38,815 bases of DNA from an uncultured Bacteroidales bacterium (GTDB lineage: Bacteria; Bacteroidota; Bacteroidia; Bacteroidales; Muribaculaceae), in contig CADBML010000087.1 of the NCBI GenBank assembly GCA_902795825.1, forward strand, positions 1 to 38,815. The letters are read 5' to 3'. A model generated the notes under the pieces. That model had not been told where the DNA came from. It saw nothing but the letters and a program-made list of their open reading frames with translations, and made no database searches. Position 1 is the stretch's first letter. Each line of letters begins with the position of its first letter. A program made the translations under genes and the position numbers. This document shows, in pieces, positions 31,320 to 38,815 of this stretch.

Positions 31320-32405
31320 TTAATTGCTGTGATTCTTTTTTTGTGAGTATATCGAGCAAAGATTGTCGGAAATAATCAGAATGAGCTTCCACACGGATAT
31401 GCGAATTTTGTCGATGATTATGGCGGCTGAAAATATAGCCAACACGAAAACTAACGCGTATGCGAGGAAGGACGAATAGGAGAGTTGTGTGTAGGCTCCC
31501 CTAATTACAGGCTGAAACACACCATCCATAAACGCCGGATTGCAGTGAAGAAGGAATGCGGCAAAGCAAGAGATGGCAATCCAATTGACGATAGCGCTTT
31601 TGAAATGTAGTCTATTGAACGCCAAAAATAAGAATACCGTGGCTGCAATTACAAGTGGGGAGTTGTAGTCGAAGTAAGGCCGAATGTCGCCTTGGGGAAT
31701 GCTTTGCGTAAGATGAAATGTGATGGCTGTGGTGGCAAGTGTCATTGCCAGCCACAGGGCGATGTTGATCCAGAATGGCAGTCGGATAAGTCTGGTGGAA
31801 TGCTGCTTGATATAGCTTGCTAAAAGATACAGACCAATGAACGACATTGTGGAGTATCCGTGGCTGAACCATTTTACACCGTCGAAGTACCAACCATAGA
31901 AAAATTGAAAACAGAAAAAGGCGATGACGAGCCATCGAAACGAGTTTCTTGAGGCTGATTTGACATATTTGTTGATTACGGGGGATAGCAAATAGAGAAA
32001 AATATATGCTTTAATAAACCAATTGGCGTCTTCAATGAAAAGCATGTATTTAACAATGGTTTTGCCTGTCCATTTGTCGGGGTCTATAACGTGGAAGATT
32101 GCGAAAATAATCGCATAGAAGAAAACGATTTGGAAAATAAATTCCACAAATCGCTTCATCTTGGGCCTTATTCCATACCATCCTGAAATGAAAACGAAAA
32201 GGTTGACGCTGATTATGGCTATCGACTGAACGAGAAATCTGATTGAGCTTTTCGCGGGCTCGGCGATTGTTTCGGCATGTGTCGGGACGCCGATGGTGAA
32301 GAAGGATGTGTGAACAATCAGCACTAGGAGCATAGCTATGATTCTCAAAAGCTCAATGTTAGAGTCGCGGGTCTTTTGGGCTGATATAGCAGGTTTGGTA
32401 TTCAT
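31320..32405 (-). CDS. acyltransferase family 3 (AT3) integral membrane O-acyltransferase
   Basis: 361 aa with about 10 TM helices. The N-terminal motif SNIELLRIIAMLLVLIVH is typical of AT3. It ends 16 nt upstream of the SGNH-GH13 ORF and is noticeably AT-rich. Confidence 0.85.
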   Translation of the reverse strand: MNTKPAISAQKTRDSNIELLRIIAMLLVLIVHTSFFTIGVPTHAETIAEPAKSSIRFLVQSIAIISVNLFVFISGWYGIRPKMKRFVEFIFQIVFFYAIIFAIFHVIDPDKWTGKTIVKYMLFIEDANWFIKAYIFLYLLSPVINKYVKSASRNSFRWLVIAFFCFQFFYGWYFDGVKWFSHGYSTMSFIGLYLLASYIKQHSTRLIRLPFWINIALWLAMTLATTAITFHLTQSIPQGDIRPYFDYNSPLVIAATVFLFLAFNRLHFKSAIVNWIAISCFAAFLLHCNPAFMDGVFQPVIRGAYTQLSYSSFLAYALVFVLAIFSAAIIIDKIRISVWKLILIISDNLCSIYSQKKNHSN

Positions 32406-32443
32406 CGTTTAAGTAGAAAAGTTTTCGAAATATTAATGACACG

Positions 32444-32451
32444 CAAAACTA
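32444..32451 (-). promoter_or_regulatory. -7 box (TAGTTTTG on the minus strand) for the AT3 gene
   Basis: Exact TAnnTTTG match about 39 nt upstream of the AT3 ATG and downstream of the hpf terminator. Confidence 0.5.
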
Positions 32452-32483
32452 ACAAAAAAACTCCAAAATTCGGCAATAAAAAT

Positions 32484-32523
32484 GCAAAAAATGAAGCCCC
32501 GAGGCGTGGTGTGCTGCGGGGCT
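32484..32523 (-). terminator. hpf intrinsic terminator
   Basis: Stem AGCCCCG/CGGGGCT (32495-32501 / 32517-32523), followed on the minus strand by TCATTTTTTGCATTTTT. A second hairpin CTCCGA/TCGGAG lies just upstream. Confidence 0.7.
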
Positions 32524-32598
32524 CCGAAGGTCAGTCGGAGTTAGAATCGTCGTCGTTTGTCATTTGACGCAATCGTGCCGACTAAATTTCAAACGGTT

Positions 32599-32892
32599 TT
32601 ATTTCTTTTCTTTTTTCTTTTTGAGTTGGCGGTCGATGGCATCGAAGCAAAGATCGACGGCTTCTTCGAAGGTGTCGGCGGTTTTCTCGGCGAGGATGTC
32701 TTCGTGTTGTGGCACACTGACGCGGATGAGTGCGTTTTTGTTGAGTGCCGTTTCGGGTTTGACAACTTTCAGGGTTACATCGACATCGGTGATGTCGGCG
32801 TTGTGACGCGCGATGCGTTCTGCCTTTTTCTGGATGAACGATTCAAGCTTTTCTGCTGCGTCGAAGTGAATGGCTTTAATCTTAATGTCCAT
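32599..32892 (-). CDS. hpf: ribosome hibernation promoting factor / RaiA family
   Basis: 97 aa, MDIKIKAIHFDAAEKLESFIQKKAERI... This is a short HPF of the sigma-54-modulation-protein family. Confidence 0.9.
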   Translation of the reverse strand: MDIKIKAIHFDAAEKLESFIQKKAERIARHNADITDVDVTLKVVKPETALNKNALIRVSVPQHEDILAEKTADTFEEAVDLCFDAIDRQLKKKKEKK

Positions 32893-33796
32893 TATGTTCT
32901 CCTTTCTTTAATGCGCGTGGATGCGCTTGTTGATAATTATGTTGAAGATCACTAAAAGTCACGTGGGTGTAGATTTGCGTCGAGGAGAGCGAGGCGTGGC
33001 CGAGCAGCGACTTGACGGCGTTGAGGTCGGCGCCGTTGTTGAGCATGTCGGTGGCGAACGAGTGGCGAAGCACATGGGGACTTTTCCGCTCCGAATGTAC
33101 TCCGTTTCTGACCATGGCGTCGTGGACGATGTTGTACACCATCTTTCTGTAAAGAGGACGGCCATCGTGGCGCACGAATAGTCTGTCGCTTTCGTTGCCC
33201 ACGTCGGCTGTCCGACGTCGGCGGTAGTCGTCAATCTGCTGCGCTAATTCGTCGCCAAAAGGAATCACTCGCTCTTTGTTGCGCTTTCCGATCACTCTGA
33301 GCTGGCGTTTTCGGGTATCGACATCACGGTCGAGGAGACCTATCGCTTCGGAAGTCCGCATTCCGGTCGTGTAAAGGGTCAGGATGAGCAGGTGGTCGCG
33401 CACTGTGTCGAAGTCGTCGTCGGCGAAGTCGCTGTCGAGCATTGCGGCTGTTTCGGCCTGAGGCACAAACACGGGGATGTCTTTCGGCGGACGAGCAAGA
33501 GAGAAACCTATGGCAGGGTTGGATGTGCATTGTCCCGTCAGCATCAGATAGCGGTAGAGCGCCCTGACTGACTGAACTTTGCGGCGTATCGAACGGGCCG
33601 ACAGCCCTTCGCTCGACAATTGGGCGGCCCAATAGCGCACGTCGGCGGATGTCGCTGCCGAAGGGTCGAATGTCATGTCGCTTCCGCTTGTCAGGCTACC
33701 GATCCACTGCCTTACGTCGGCGGCGTAGGCTGCGGCGGTCAGCTCGGATCGGTTGAGCTCGTTGAGCAAGTATCGCTTGAAGTCGTTGACTATCAT
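32882..33796 (-). CDS. tyrosine site-specific recombinase, XerC/XerD-like
   Basis: 304 aa from MIVNDFKRYL; the track's start at 34021 reads through a terminator and promoter. Catalytic motifs are TGMRTSE, HVLRHSFAT and LGHASLSSTQIYTHV. It sits in the conserved rpsU-xer-hpf context. Confidence 0.85.
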   Translation of the reverse strand: MIVNDFKRYLLNELNRSELTAAAYAADVRQWIGSLTSGSDMTFDPSAATSADVRYWAAQLSSEGLSARSIRRKVQSVRALYRYLMLTGQCTSNPAIGFSLARPPKDIPVFVPQAETAAMLDSDFADDDFDTVRDHLLILTLYTTGMRTSEAIGLLDRDVDTRKRQLRVIGKRNKERVIPFGDELAQQIDDYRRRRTADVGNESDRLFVRHDGRPLYRKMVYNIVHDAMVRNGVHSERKSPHVLRHSFATDMLNNGADLNAVKSLLGHASLSSTQIYTHVTFSDLQHNYQQAHPRALKKGEHNGH

Positions 33797-33849
33797 GATA
33801 GTAGCATTTAAGCTGGAAGTCGGCCTGCCGACACTTCGTTTTCTTTTTT

Positions 33850-33857
33850 CAAAATTA
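33850..33857 (-). promoter_or_regulatory. -7 box (TAATTTTG on the minus strand) for xer-hpf
   Basis: Exact TAnnTTTG match. A second identical box lies at 33878-33885. Confidence 0.4.
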
Positions 33858-33987
33858 CTCAAGTTTTTCGGTAAATACAAAATTATTCCGAAAAAATTCG
33901 CCTTATTTTTTTGAAAAAAATGAAAAAAATGATTGGTGACGCGTCGCTGCGGTGAACCGACCTTAAGAGGCGGCTCTTTTTCCGGCG

Positions 33988-34030
33988 GAAAAAAACTGAT
34001 GCGGATTGTGGCAGAGCACAACCCGCATCA
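33988..34030 (-). terminator. rpsU intrinsic terminator
   Basis: Imperfect 14-bp stem TGATGCGGATTGTG/CACAACCCGCATCA, followed on the minus strand by GTTTTTTT. Confidence 0.8.
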
Positions 34031-34053
34031 AGCGTTGTCAAGATGTGGCGGTA

Positions 34054-34245
34054 TTATTCTTCCGCGTTGCGAAGCTTCTGAACGTAAACGGCCTTCATCA
34101 TTTTCTTGCGGTTTGTTACTGAAGGCTTTTCGAATGCTTGACGACGGCGGAGTTCTTTTGTGATGCCGGTGCGTTCGAATTTACGTTTGAATTTCTTGAG
34201 GGCGCGTTCGATGTTTTCGCCATCTTTTAATTGTACGATAATCAT
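34054..34245 (-). CDS. rpsU: 30S ribosomal protein S21
   Basis: 63 aa, MIIVQLKDGENIERALKKFKRKFERTG... Confidence 0.95.
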   Translation of the reverse strand: MIIVQLKDGENIERALKKFKRKFERTGITKELRRRQAFEKPSVTNRKKMMKAVYVQKLRNAEE

Positions 34246-34296
34246 TCTTCTATAAAATATTTATTGTTGTTATTGTTATTATTCAAAATTGCGGGG

Positions 34297-34304
34297 CAAA
34301 ATTA
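34297..34304 (-). promoter_or_regulatory. -7 box (TAATTTTG on the minus strand) for rpsU
   Basis: Exact TAnnTTTG match about 52 nt upstream of the ATG. Confidence 0.5.
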
Positions 34305-34793
34305 CATTTTATTTTGCAAATCGACAAACATTCCGCCCCAAAAATGCATCATCGACGGGCTTGTCGTATGACATGCCGCCTTTCGTGTCGCATTGATGAA
34401 CGTCGATTTATTTTGTTAATTGTCTGTTGGTCTGAATGATATCTAACTTGCCTCCTTTCGGATTAATCTTTGTGTGGCCGCGGCCACGAAGTTTTGCGGT
34501 TGCAAAGTTACGCCAAATTTTCCGAACCGCCAATTATTCTGCCTCTAAATCTTCATTGACGCTTTCAATGACCGCCCTCCATCATCTCTCTCCATCAGTG
34601 CACTCCATCACGATTCGCCCTATTCGATTCGTGGGTACGAATGGTAATTGGAAAAATAACAATGTCGGTAGCAGGGGGCAAAAGCTCGGTCGATGCGGTG
34701 TTGCTCAATATCTTTTCGACTACCAATAAAGTCAAATATCGCCCCTCCGATTAAAAAATTTGCGAACTTAGTGGTAGTTTGGAAAAAATGTTG

Positions 34794-34801
34794 TAACTTT
34801 G
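34794..34801 (+). promoter_or_regulatory. -7 box (TAACTTTG) for the ferredoxin gene
   Basis: Exact TAnnTTTG match about 52 nt upstream of the ATG at 34854. Confidence 0.5.
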
Positions 34802-34853
34802 CCCTCGCTTTCGAGCACGAACTAATTATTTACCAAACCAATCAAATCAAAAA

Positions 34854-35024
34854 ATGGCTTACGTAATCACAGATTCTTGCGTTGCTTGTGGCACATGCGC
34901 CGCTGCTTGCCCCGTTGAGGCTATCTCGGAGGGCGAAATCTATTCTATCGACCCCGAAACCTGCATCGAGTGCGGCACCTGCGCTGAAAATTGCCCGACA
35001 GAAGCAATCGTTCTTCCTGACTGA
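34854..35024 (+). CDS. 2x[4Fe-4S] ferredoxin (56 aa)
   Basis: Hand translation gives MAYVITDSCVACGTCAAACPVEAISEGEIYSIDPETCIECGTCAENCPTEAIVLPD*. It has two CxxCxxCxxxCP motifs. It is absent from the ORF track because it is under 60 aa. Confidence 0.85.
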   Translation: MAYVITDSCVACGTCAAACPVEAISEGEIYSIDPETCIECGTCAENCPTEAIVLPD

Positions 35025-35271
35025 TTTCCGAATGTCGAAAGTCAAACAACAAGTTTCCGCCATGTGCCTCTCAAGGCCGTCGCGGGGACTTTTTTGTTTT
35101 TGACGTTCGACAGCCCATTCAAGTCCCGTTAATCATTCGTGACCGGCTGTTTCTTCGCCGCTGCCGATTGAAATCGGGTTTTCGTGGCGCTCGTAATCCT
35201 CAATCCTTGGTGATGTGACCTTCATTTAATCTTTTTAACATCTTTATTGGACGTTCTGAAAGTAATTATTC

Positions 35272-35279
35272 GTATATTT
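35272..35279 (+). promoter_or_regulatory. -7 box (TATATTTG) for fba
   Basis: Exact TAnnTTTG match about 41 nt upstream of the ATG. Confidence 0.55.
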
Positions 35280-35320
35280 GTGGCCGCTAATTAAAACTAA
35301 TTCACATTAATTAATATATT

Positions 35321-36319
35321 ATGGTAAGTTATAAAGAACTCGGCCTTGTAAACACCCGCGAAATGTTTGCCAAGGCTATCAAAGGCGGATATGCTATCCC
35401 CGCATTCAATTTCAACAACATGGAGCAGCTTCAGGCTATCATCAAAGCCGCTGCCGAAACTAAGTCGCCCGTTATCCTTCAGGTATCGAAAGGCGCCCGC
35501 AACTATGCTAATGCCACTCTCCTCCGCTACATGGCCCAGGGCGCGGTGGAATATGCCAAAGAGCTCGGTTGGGAAAAGCCCCAAATCGTCCTTCACCTCG
35601 ACCACGGCGACTCTTTCGAACTTTGCAAGTCGTGCGTCGATAGCGGTTTCTCCTCTGTCATGATCGACGGTTCCCATCTCCCTTATGAAGAAAACGTCGC
35701 TCTCACAAAGCAGGTGGTTGACTATGCCCATCTCCACGATGTCACCGTCGAAGGCGAACTCGGTGTGCTTGCCGGCGTTGAGGACGAAGTCTCGTCGGAC
35801 CACCACACCTATACCGACCCTGAAGAGGTAATCGACTTTGCCACCCGCACCGGTTGTGACAGCCTCGCAATTTCTATCGGCACTTCCCACGGCGCTTACA
35901 AGTTCACTCCCGAACAGTGCACCCGCGACGAAAACGGCCGCCTCGTTCCCCCGCCGTTGGCTTTCAATGTGCTCGACGCCGTTATGGAGAAGCTCCCCGG
36001 CTTCCCGATAGTTCTCCACGGATCTTCTTCCGTGCCGCAAGATGAGGTCGATACAATCAACAAATACGGAGGCAAACTCCCCAATGCCATCGGTATTCCC
36101 GAAGAGCAGCTCCGTAAGGCCGCCAAGAGCGCCGTCTGCAAAATTAACATCGACTCCGACAGCCGCTTGGCTATGACTGCCGCCATCCGCAAGGTATTCG
36201 CAGAGAAGCCAGCCGAGTTCGACCCCCGTAAATATCTCGGCCCGGCACGCGACAATATGGAAAAACTCTACAAGCACAAGATTATCAACGTGCTTGGCTC
36301 CGACGGAAAGGCTGAATAA
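35321..36319 (+). CDS. fba: class II fructose-1,6-bisphosphate aldolase
   Basis: 332 aa with AIPAFNFNN, LHLDHG and GELG motifs. The antisense ORF 35297-36277 is a mirror artefact. Confidence 0.95.
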   Translation: MVSYKELGLVNTREMFAKAIKGGYAIPAFNFNNMEQLQAIIKAAAETKSPVILQVSKGARNYANATLLRYMAQGAVEYAKELGWEKPQIVLHLDHGDSFELCKSCVDSGFSSVMIDGSHLPYEENVALTKQVVDYAHLHDVTVEGELGVLAGVEDEVSSDHHTYTDPEEVIDFATRTGCDSLAISIGTSHGAYKFTPEQCTRDENGRLVPPPLAFNVLDAVMEKLPGFPIVLHGSSSVPQDEVDTINKYGGKLPNAIGIPEEQLRKAAKSAVCKINIDSDSRLAMTAAIRKVFAEKPAEFDPRKYLGPARDNMEKLYKHKIINVLGSDGKAE

Positions 36320-36341
36320 TCACGGCTGACCGAACAAATCG

Positions 36342-36386
36342 ACAGGCTCCGACAAGAGAAATCTACGTTTGAGCCTGTTTTTTTTG
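36342..36386 (+). terminator. fba intrinsic terminator
   Basis: Stem ACAGGCTC/GAGCCTGT with a 21-nt loop, followed by TTTTTTTT. Confidence 0.65.
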
Positions 36387-36406
36387 TGTCCCTCGCCAAG
36401 ATTGAT

Positions 36407-36414
36407 TAAATTTG
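36407..36414 (+). promoter_or_regulatory. -7 box (TAAATTTG) for ychF
   Basis: Exact TAnnTTTG match about 29 nt upstream of the ATG. Confidence 0.55.
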
Positions 36415-36443
36415 CACCGTAAAAATCAATTGACATCTCATAT

Positions 36444-37547
36444 ATGGCTCTTAAATGCGGCATCGTCGGCTTGCCTAATGTCGGCAAATCCACTCTCTTC
36501 AACTGCTTGTCGAATGCCAAAGCGCAGTCGGCAAATTTCCCATTTTGTACTATCGAACCGAACGTGGGCGTTATCACCGTCCCCGATGAGCGCCTCAACC
36601 GTCTCGTCGAAATGTGCAGCCCCAAAAGTGTGGTGCCGGCAACGGTGGAAATCGTTGACATCGCCGGCCTTGTCAAAGGAGCGTCGAAAGGCGAGGGCCT
36701 CGGCAACAAGTTCCTTGCCAATATTCGCGAGTGTGATGCCATCCTCCACGTGCTCCGCTGCTTCGACGATGACAATATCACCCACGTTGACGGTACAATC
36801 GATCCCGTCCGCGACAAAGAAATCATCGATGCCGAGCTTCAAATTAAGGACTTGGAAACGGTGGAGTCGCGCATAGCGAAAACCTACAAGCAGGCCCAAA
36901 CAGGGGGCGACAAGGTGGCCCGTATGCAATATGAGGTGCTTTGCCGTTTCAAAGAAGCGCTTGACAAAGGTTTGCCGGCACGCACCGTTGTTCTCGACAC
37001 CCCCGACGAACAACGCTATGCCCGCGAACTGTTTCTGCTGACCAACAAGCCGGTGCTGTATGTCTGTAATGTTGACGATGCTTCGGCTGTTGACGGCAAT
37101 GCTTATGTCGACGCCGTCCGCAAGGCCACTGCCGATGAGGATGCCGACATTCTCATCGTGGCCGCACAGACTGAAGCCGACATTGCCGAACTCGACACTT
37201 GGGAGGAGCGCCAGGAGTTTCTCGCCGAAATAGGTTTGTCGGAGTCGGGAGTAAGCCGGCTGATTCGTGCCGCCTATGCTCTTCTTAATCTTCAGACTTT
37301 CTTTACCGCCGGCGCCGACGAGTGCCGTGCATGGACTTTCATCCGTGGCAGCAAAGCCCCGCAGTGCGCAGGAATCATCCACACCGACTTTGAGAAGGGC
37401 TTCATCCGTGCCGAGGTCATCAAATACGACGATTATGTCAATCTCGGCGGCGAAATGGCTGTCAAAGAGGCCGGAAAATTGAGCGTGGAAGGCAAAGAGT
37501 ACGTTGTCCAGGACGGCGACATCATGCACTTCCGTTTCAACGTTTGA
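36444..37547 (+). CDS. ychF: redox-regulated ribosome-binding ATPase YchF
   Basis: 367 aa with the P-loop [15 protein letters not shown] and a C-terminal TGS-like domain ending [10 protein letters not shown]. Confidence 0.95.
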   Translation: MALKCGIVGLPNVGKSTLFNCLSNAKAQSANFPFCTIEPNVGVITVPDERLNRLVEMCSPKSVVPATVEIVDIAGLVKGASKGEGLGNKFLANIRECDAILHVLRCFDDDNITHVDGTIDPVRDKEIIDAELQIKDLETVESRIAKTYKQAQTGGDKVARMQYEVLCRFKEALDKGLPARTVVLDTPDEQRYARELFLLTNKPVLYVCNVDDASAVDGNAYVDAVRKATADEDADILIVAAQTEADIAELDTWEERQEFLAEIGLSESGVSRLIRAAYALLNLQTFFTAGADECRAWTFIRGSKAPQCAGIIHTDFEKGFIRAEVIKYDDYVNLGGEMAVKEAGKLSVEGKEYVVQDGDIMHFRFNV

Positions 37548-37569
37548 TGCCGGCGTGAAACAACAATTT

Positions 37570-37611
37570 CGGCTGCGCTGATTTTTTTCGTCAGCGTGGC
37601 CGTTTCAGTTT
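37570..37611 (+). terminator. probable ychF terminator
   Basis: 12-bp stem CGGCTGCGCTGA/TCAGCGTGGCCG with two G-U pairs on the plus strand and a 9-nt loop, followed by a TTTCAGTTT tail. Confidence 0.45.
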
Positions 37612-38474
37612 GCGAGCCTGACTATTCGCAGTCCCGTCAGCGAACGGCTTTTTTTGAAGTAGTCGTAGATGGGCAGAGGGTCAATTATCACTTTTTTCTT
37701 GACCGACGAAGCGTGCATCAGGTGGAATTTCCCGTCCACTTTCACGAGGATGCCGAGGTGGCTCACGTCGAGGTCCTTCGTCGAAGTCGTCAACGCCACA
37801 GCGTCGCCTTCGCGGAGGGCGCCGAGTGTGGCCTTGTTGTTGAGCTTGGTCCATTTGACGTAGGGGTAGCGGTGAGAACGGTAGCCGATTTCCACATTCT
37901 TTATACGTTCGTATTCCGCGGAGTCGGCGAGGGCGGGGTAGAGGTCGCGATGGCGAGTCATGAAGTCGATGGTTTTGATAATGTGGTCGCTTCCGGGGAT
38001 GGAAGCCGACGCTTCTTCGATGTTACCGCGATGGCTGTTGTCAACAATCCAGTCGCTGATATAGTGAAGACGCGAAGCATACCCGTTTGCATGGCCGCCG
38101 CGATAGCGCATCCGTTCAAGATTGTGCGCGAAGTCGCGCCACGAGGTGCGGTCTTCGCCGACGGTGTAGGCGAGGGCGAGGACGGTCTCGACAAAAGTGG
38201 TGCAGTCGAGTTCGTCGAGGTTGATAGTGATCATTTCCGTTTCCCCTTCGAGGGTGTGGGCCACGTAAGGTGTGCCGAGGAATTTCTTGCCAAGCCATGC
38301 CACGCGGGCTTCCGGCGTGGGCAGATTCGCCTCCCGACATTCGATGAGCAGAGAGGTGATTCTTGTTGTGTCAGTTTCCTCGTTGTGGAAACGCAACTTT
38401 TCTAAAGTTGCCCCGTTTGTTGCGCCCAAAGTTGTAAGCAAAATGAGGGCCAATACTATTCTTTTTATTGTCAT
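37605..38474 (-). CDS. DUF1460 domain protein (amidase-like, secreted)
   Basis: 289 aa with a signal peptide. FLGTPYVAHTLE...ELDCTTFVETVLAL matches my recollection of DUF1460. Confidence 0.75.
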   Translation of the reverse strand: MTIKRIVLALILLTTLGATNGATLEKLRFHNEETDTTRITSLLIECREANLPTPEARVAWLGKKFLGTPYVAHTLEGETEMITINLDELDCTTFVETVLALAYTVGEDRTSWRDFAHNLERMRYRGGHANGYASRLHYISDWIVDNSHRGNIEEASASIPGSDHIIKTIDFMTRHRDLYPALADSAEYERIKNVEIGYRSHRYPYVKWTKLNNKATLGALREGDAVALTTSTKDLDVSHLGILVKVDGKFHLMHASSVKKKVIIDPLPIYDYFKKSRSLTGLRIVRLAN

Positions 38475-38502
38475 TGTCGTGTTCGTTATGCTTTTATCAC
38501 TG

Positions 38503-38510
38503 CAAATTTA
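38503..38510 (-). promoter_or_regulatory. -7 box (TAAATTTG on the minus strand) for the DUF1460 gene
   Basis: Exact TAnnTTTG match about 29 nt upstream of the ATG. Confidence 0.5.
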
Positions 38511-38789
38511 CGTCAAAAAAGCCGTATTCCCAACAATAATGTCCGTCGGTTTCGGTTTTTTCGTCTTTTAACCATTGTGGTGTGGCATTAGTCAGATGCT
38601 CCATTTTACACATTATTACAGTCGCATATTGTAAATTTATCGTTATCTGGTGGAGTGTTCGCCGAGTGTATGGCATTTTTTTTATGAAAGGAAGGCGCGT
38701 TTGGTGGCTTGTGGGGGCGTTTTTGCGGAAAAGTAAAAATTTTTTTGAATTTTTTTGTCGAAAAATTTTGTCAGTTTCGGGGAAAGCAG

Positions 38790-38797
38790 TAATTTTG
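38790..38797 (+). promoter_or_regulatory. -7 box (TAATTTTG) reading out of the right edge of the window
   Basis: Exact TAnnTTTG match 18 nt from the window end. The target lies outside the window. Confidence 0.35.
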
Positions 38798-38815
38798 CAA
38801 CCGCTTTCGGCTCAA

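Noticed and set aside
32882-33796. The tyrosine recombinase as the integrase of a mobile element, or as the invertase responsible for the hairpin-tip flip.
   Set aside because: It sits in the conserved housekeeping rpsU-xer-hpf arrangement with ordinary composition and no flanking repeats or att-like sites. A 29-bp invertible segment is also too short for normal tyrosine-recombinase synapsis. There is no sequence evidence linking the two.
34436-34729. A 97-aa plus-strand ORF in the rpsU-ferredoxin gap, and an 85-aa minus-strand ORF at 26017-26274.
   Set aside because: Neither has family motifs, and composition is atypical. The first overlaps promoter-like boxes and a palindrome. The second overlaps the Sel1 pseudogene signal peptide on the opposite strand.

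Overview
This 38.8-kb chromosomal window reads as Bacteroidota, probably Bacteroidales. Three things support that: many TAnnTTTG -7 promoter boxes, T9SS C-terminal sorting domains, and the bamD-rpoZ and rpsU-xer-hpf neighbourhoods. It is mostly housekeeping, with about 31 intact CDS. They include ung, tex, uraA, a pheA-aminotransferase-DAHP synthase/chorismate mutase-tyrA operon, rpsO, rpoZ, bamD, tsaB, trxA, dnaE, hpf, rpsU, a 56-aa ferredoxin missed by the ORF track, fba and ychF. There is also an S8 peptidase with a T9SS tail, a DUF5103/T9SS-plug-like gene, and an AT3 acyltransferase followed by an SGNH-GH13 fusion. I recognised no rRNA, tRNA, CRISPR array, transposase or defence genes. The unusual content is non-coding. 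(1) Two direct copies of a ~460-475 bp TIR-bounded, highly structured element lie at 18308-18767 and 27081-27555. The 29-bp tip of their long hairpin is in opposite (flip/flop) orientation in the two copies. (2) A modular GC-rich REP-like family with termini CTACCCCTC...GAGGGGTAG and covarying hairpins occurs at four loci, one of them inside the aromatic amino-acid operon. (3) A related 96-97 bp tandem array sits in the uraA promoter region. (4) A Phe/Tyr-rich leader peptide with an antiterminator/terminator switch lies upstream of pheA. Two decayed genes, a Sel1-repeat pseudogene and a T9SS-tail remnant, sit beside the repeats. All family assignments rest on motif recognition by eye, and no database search was run.
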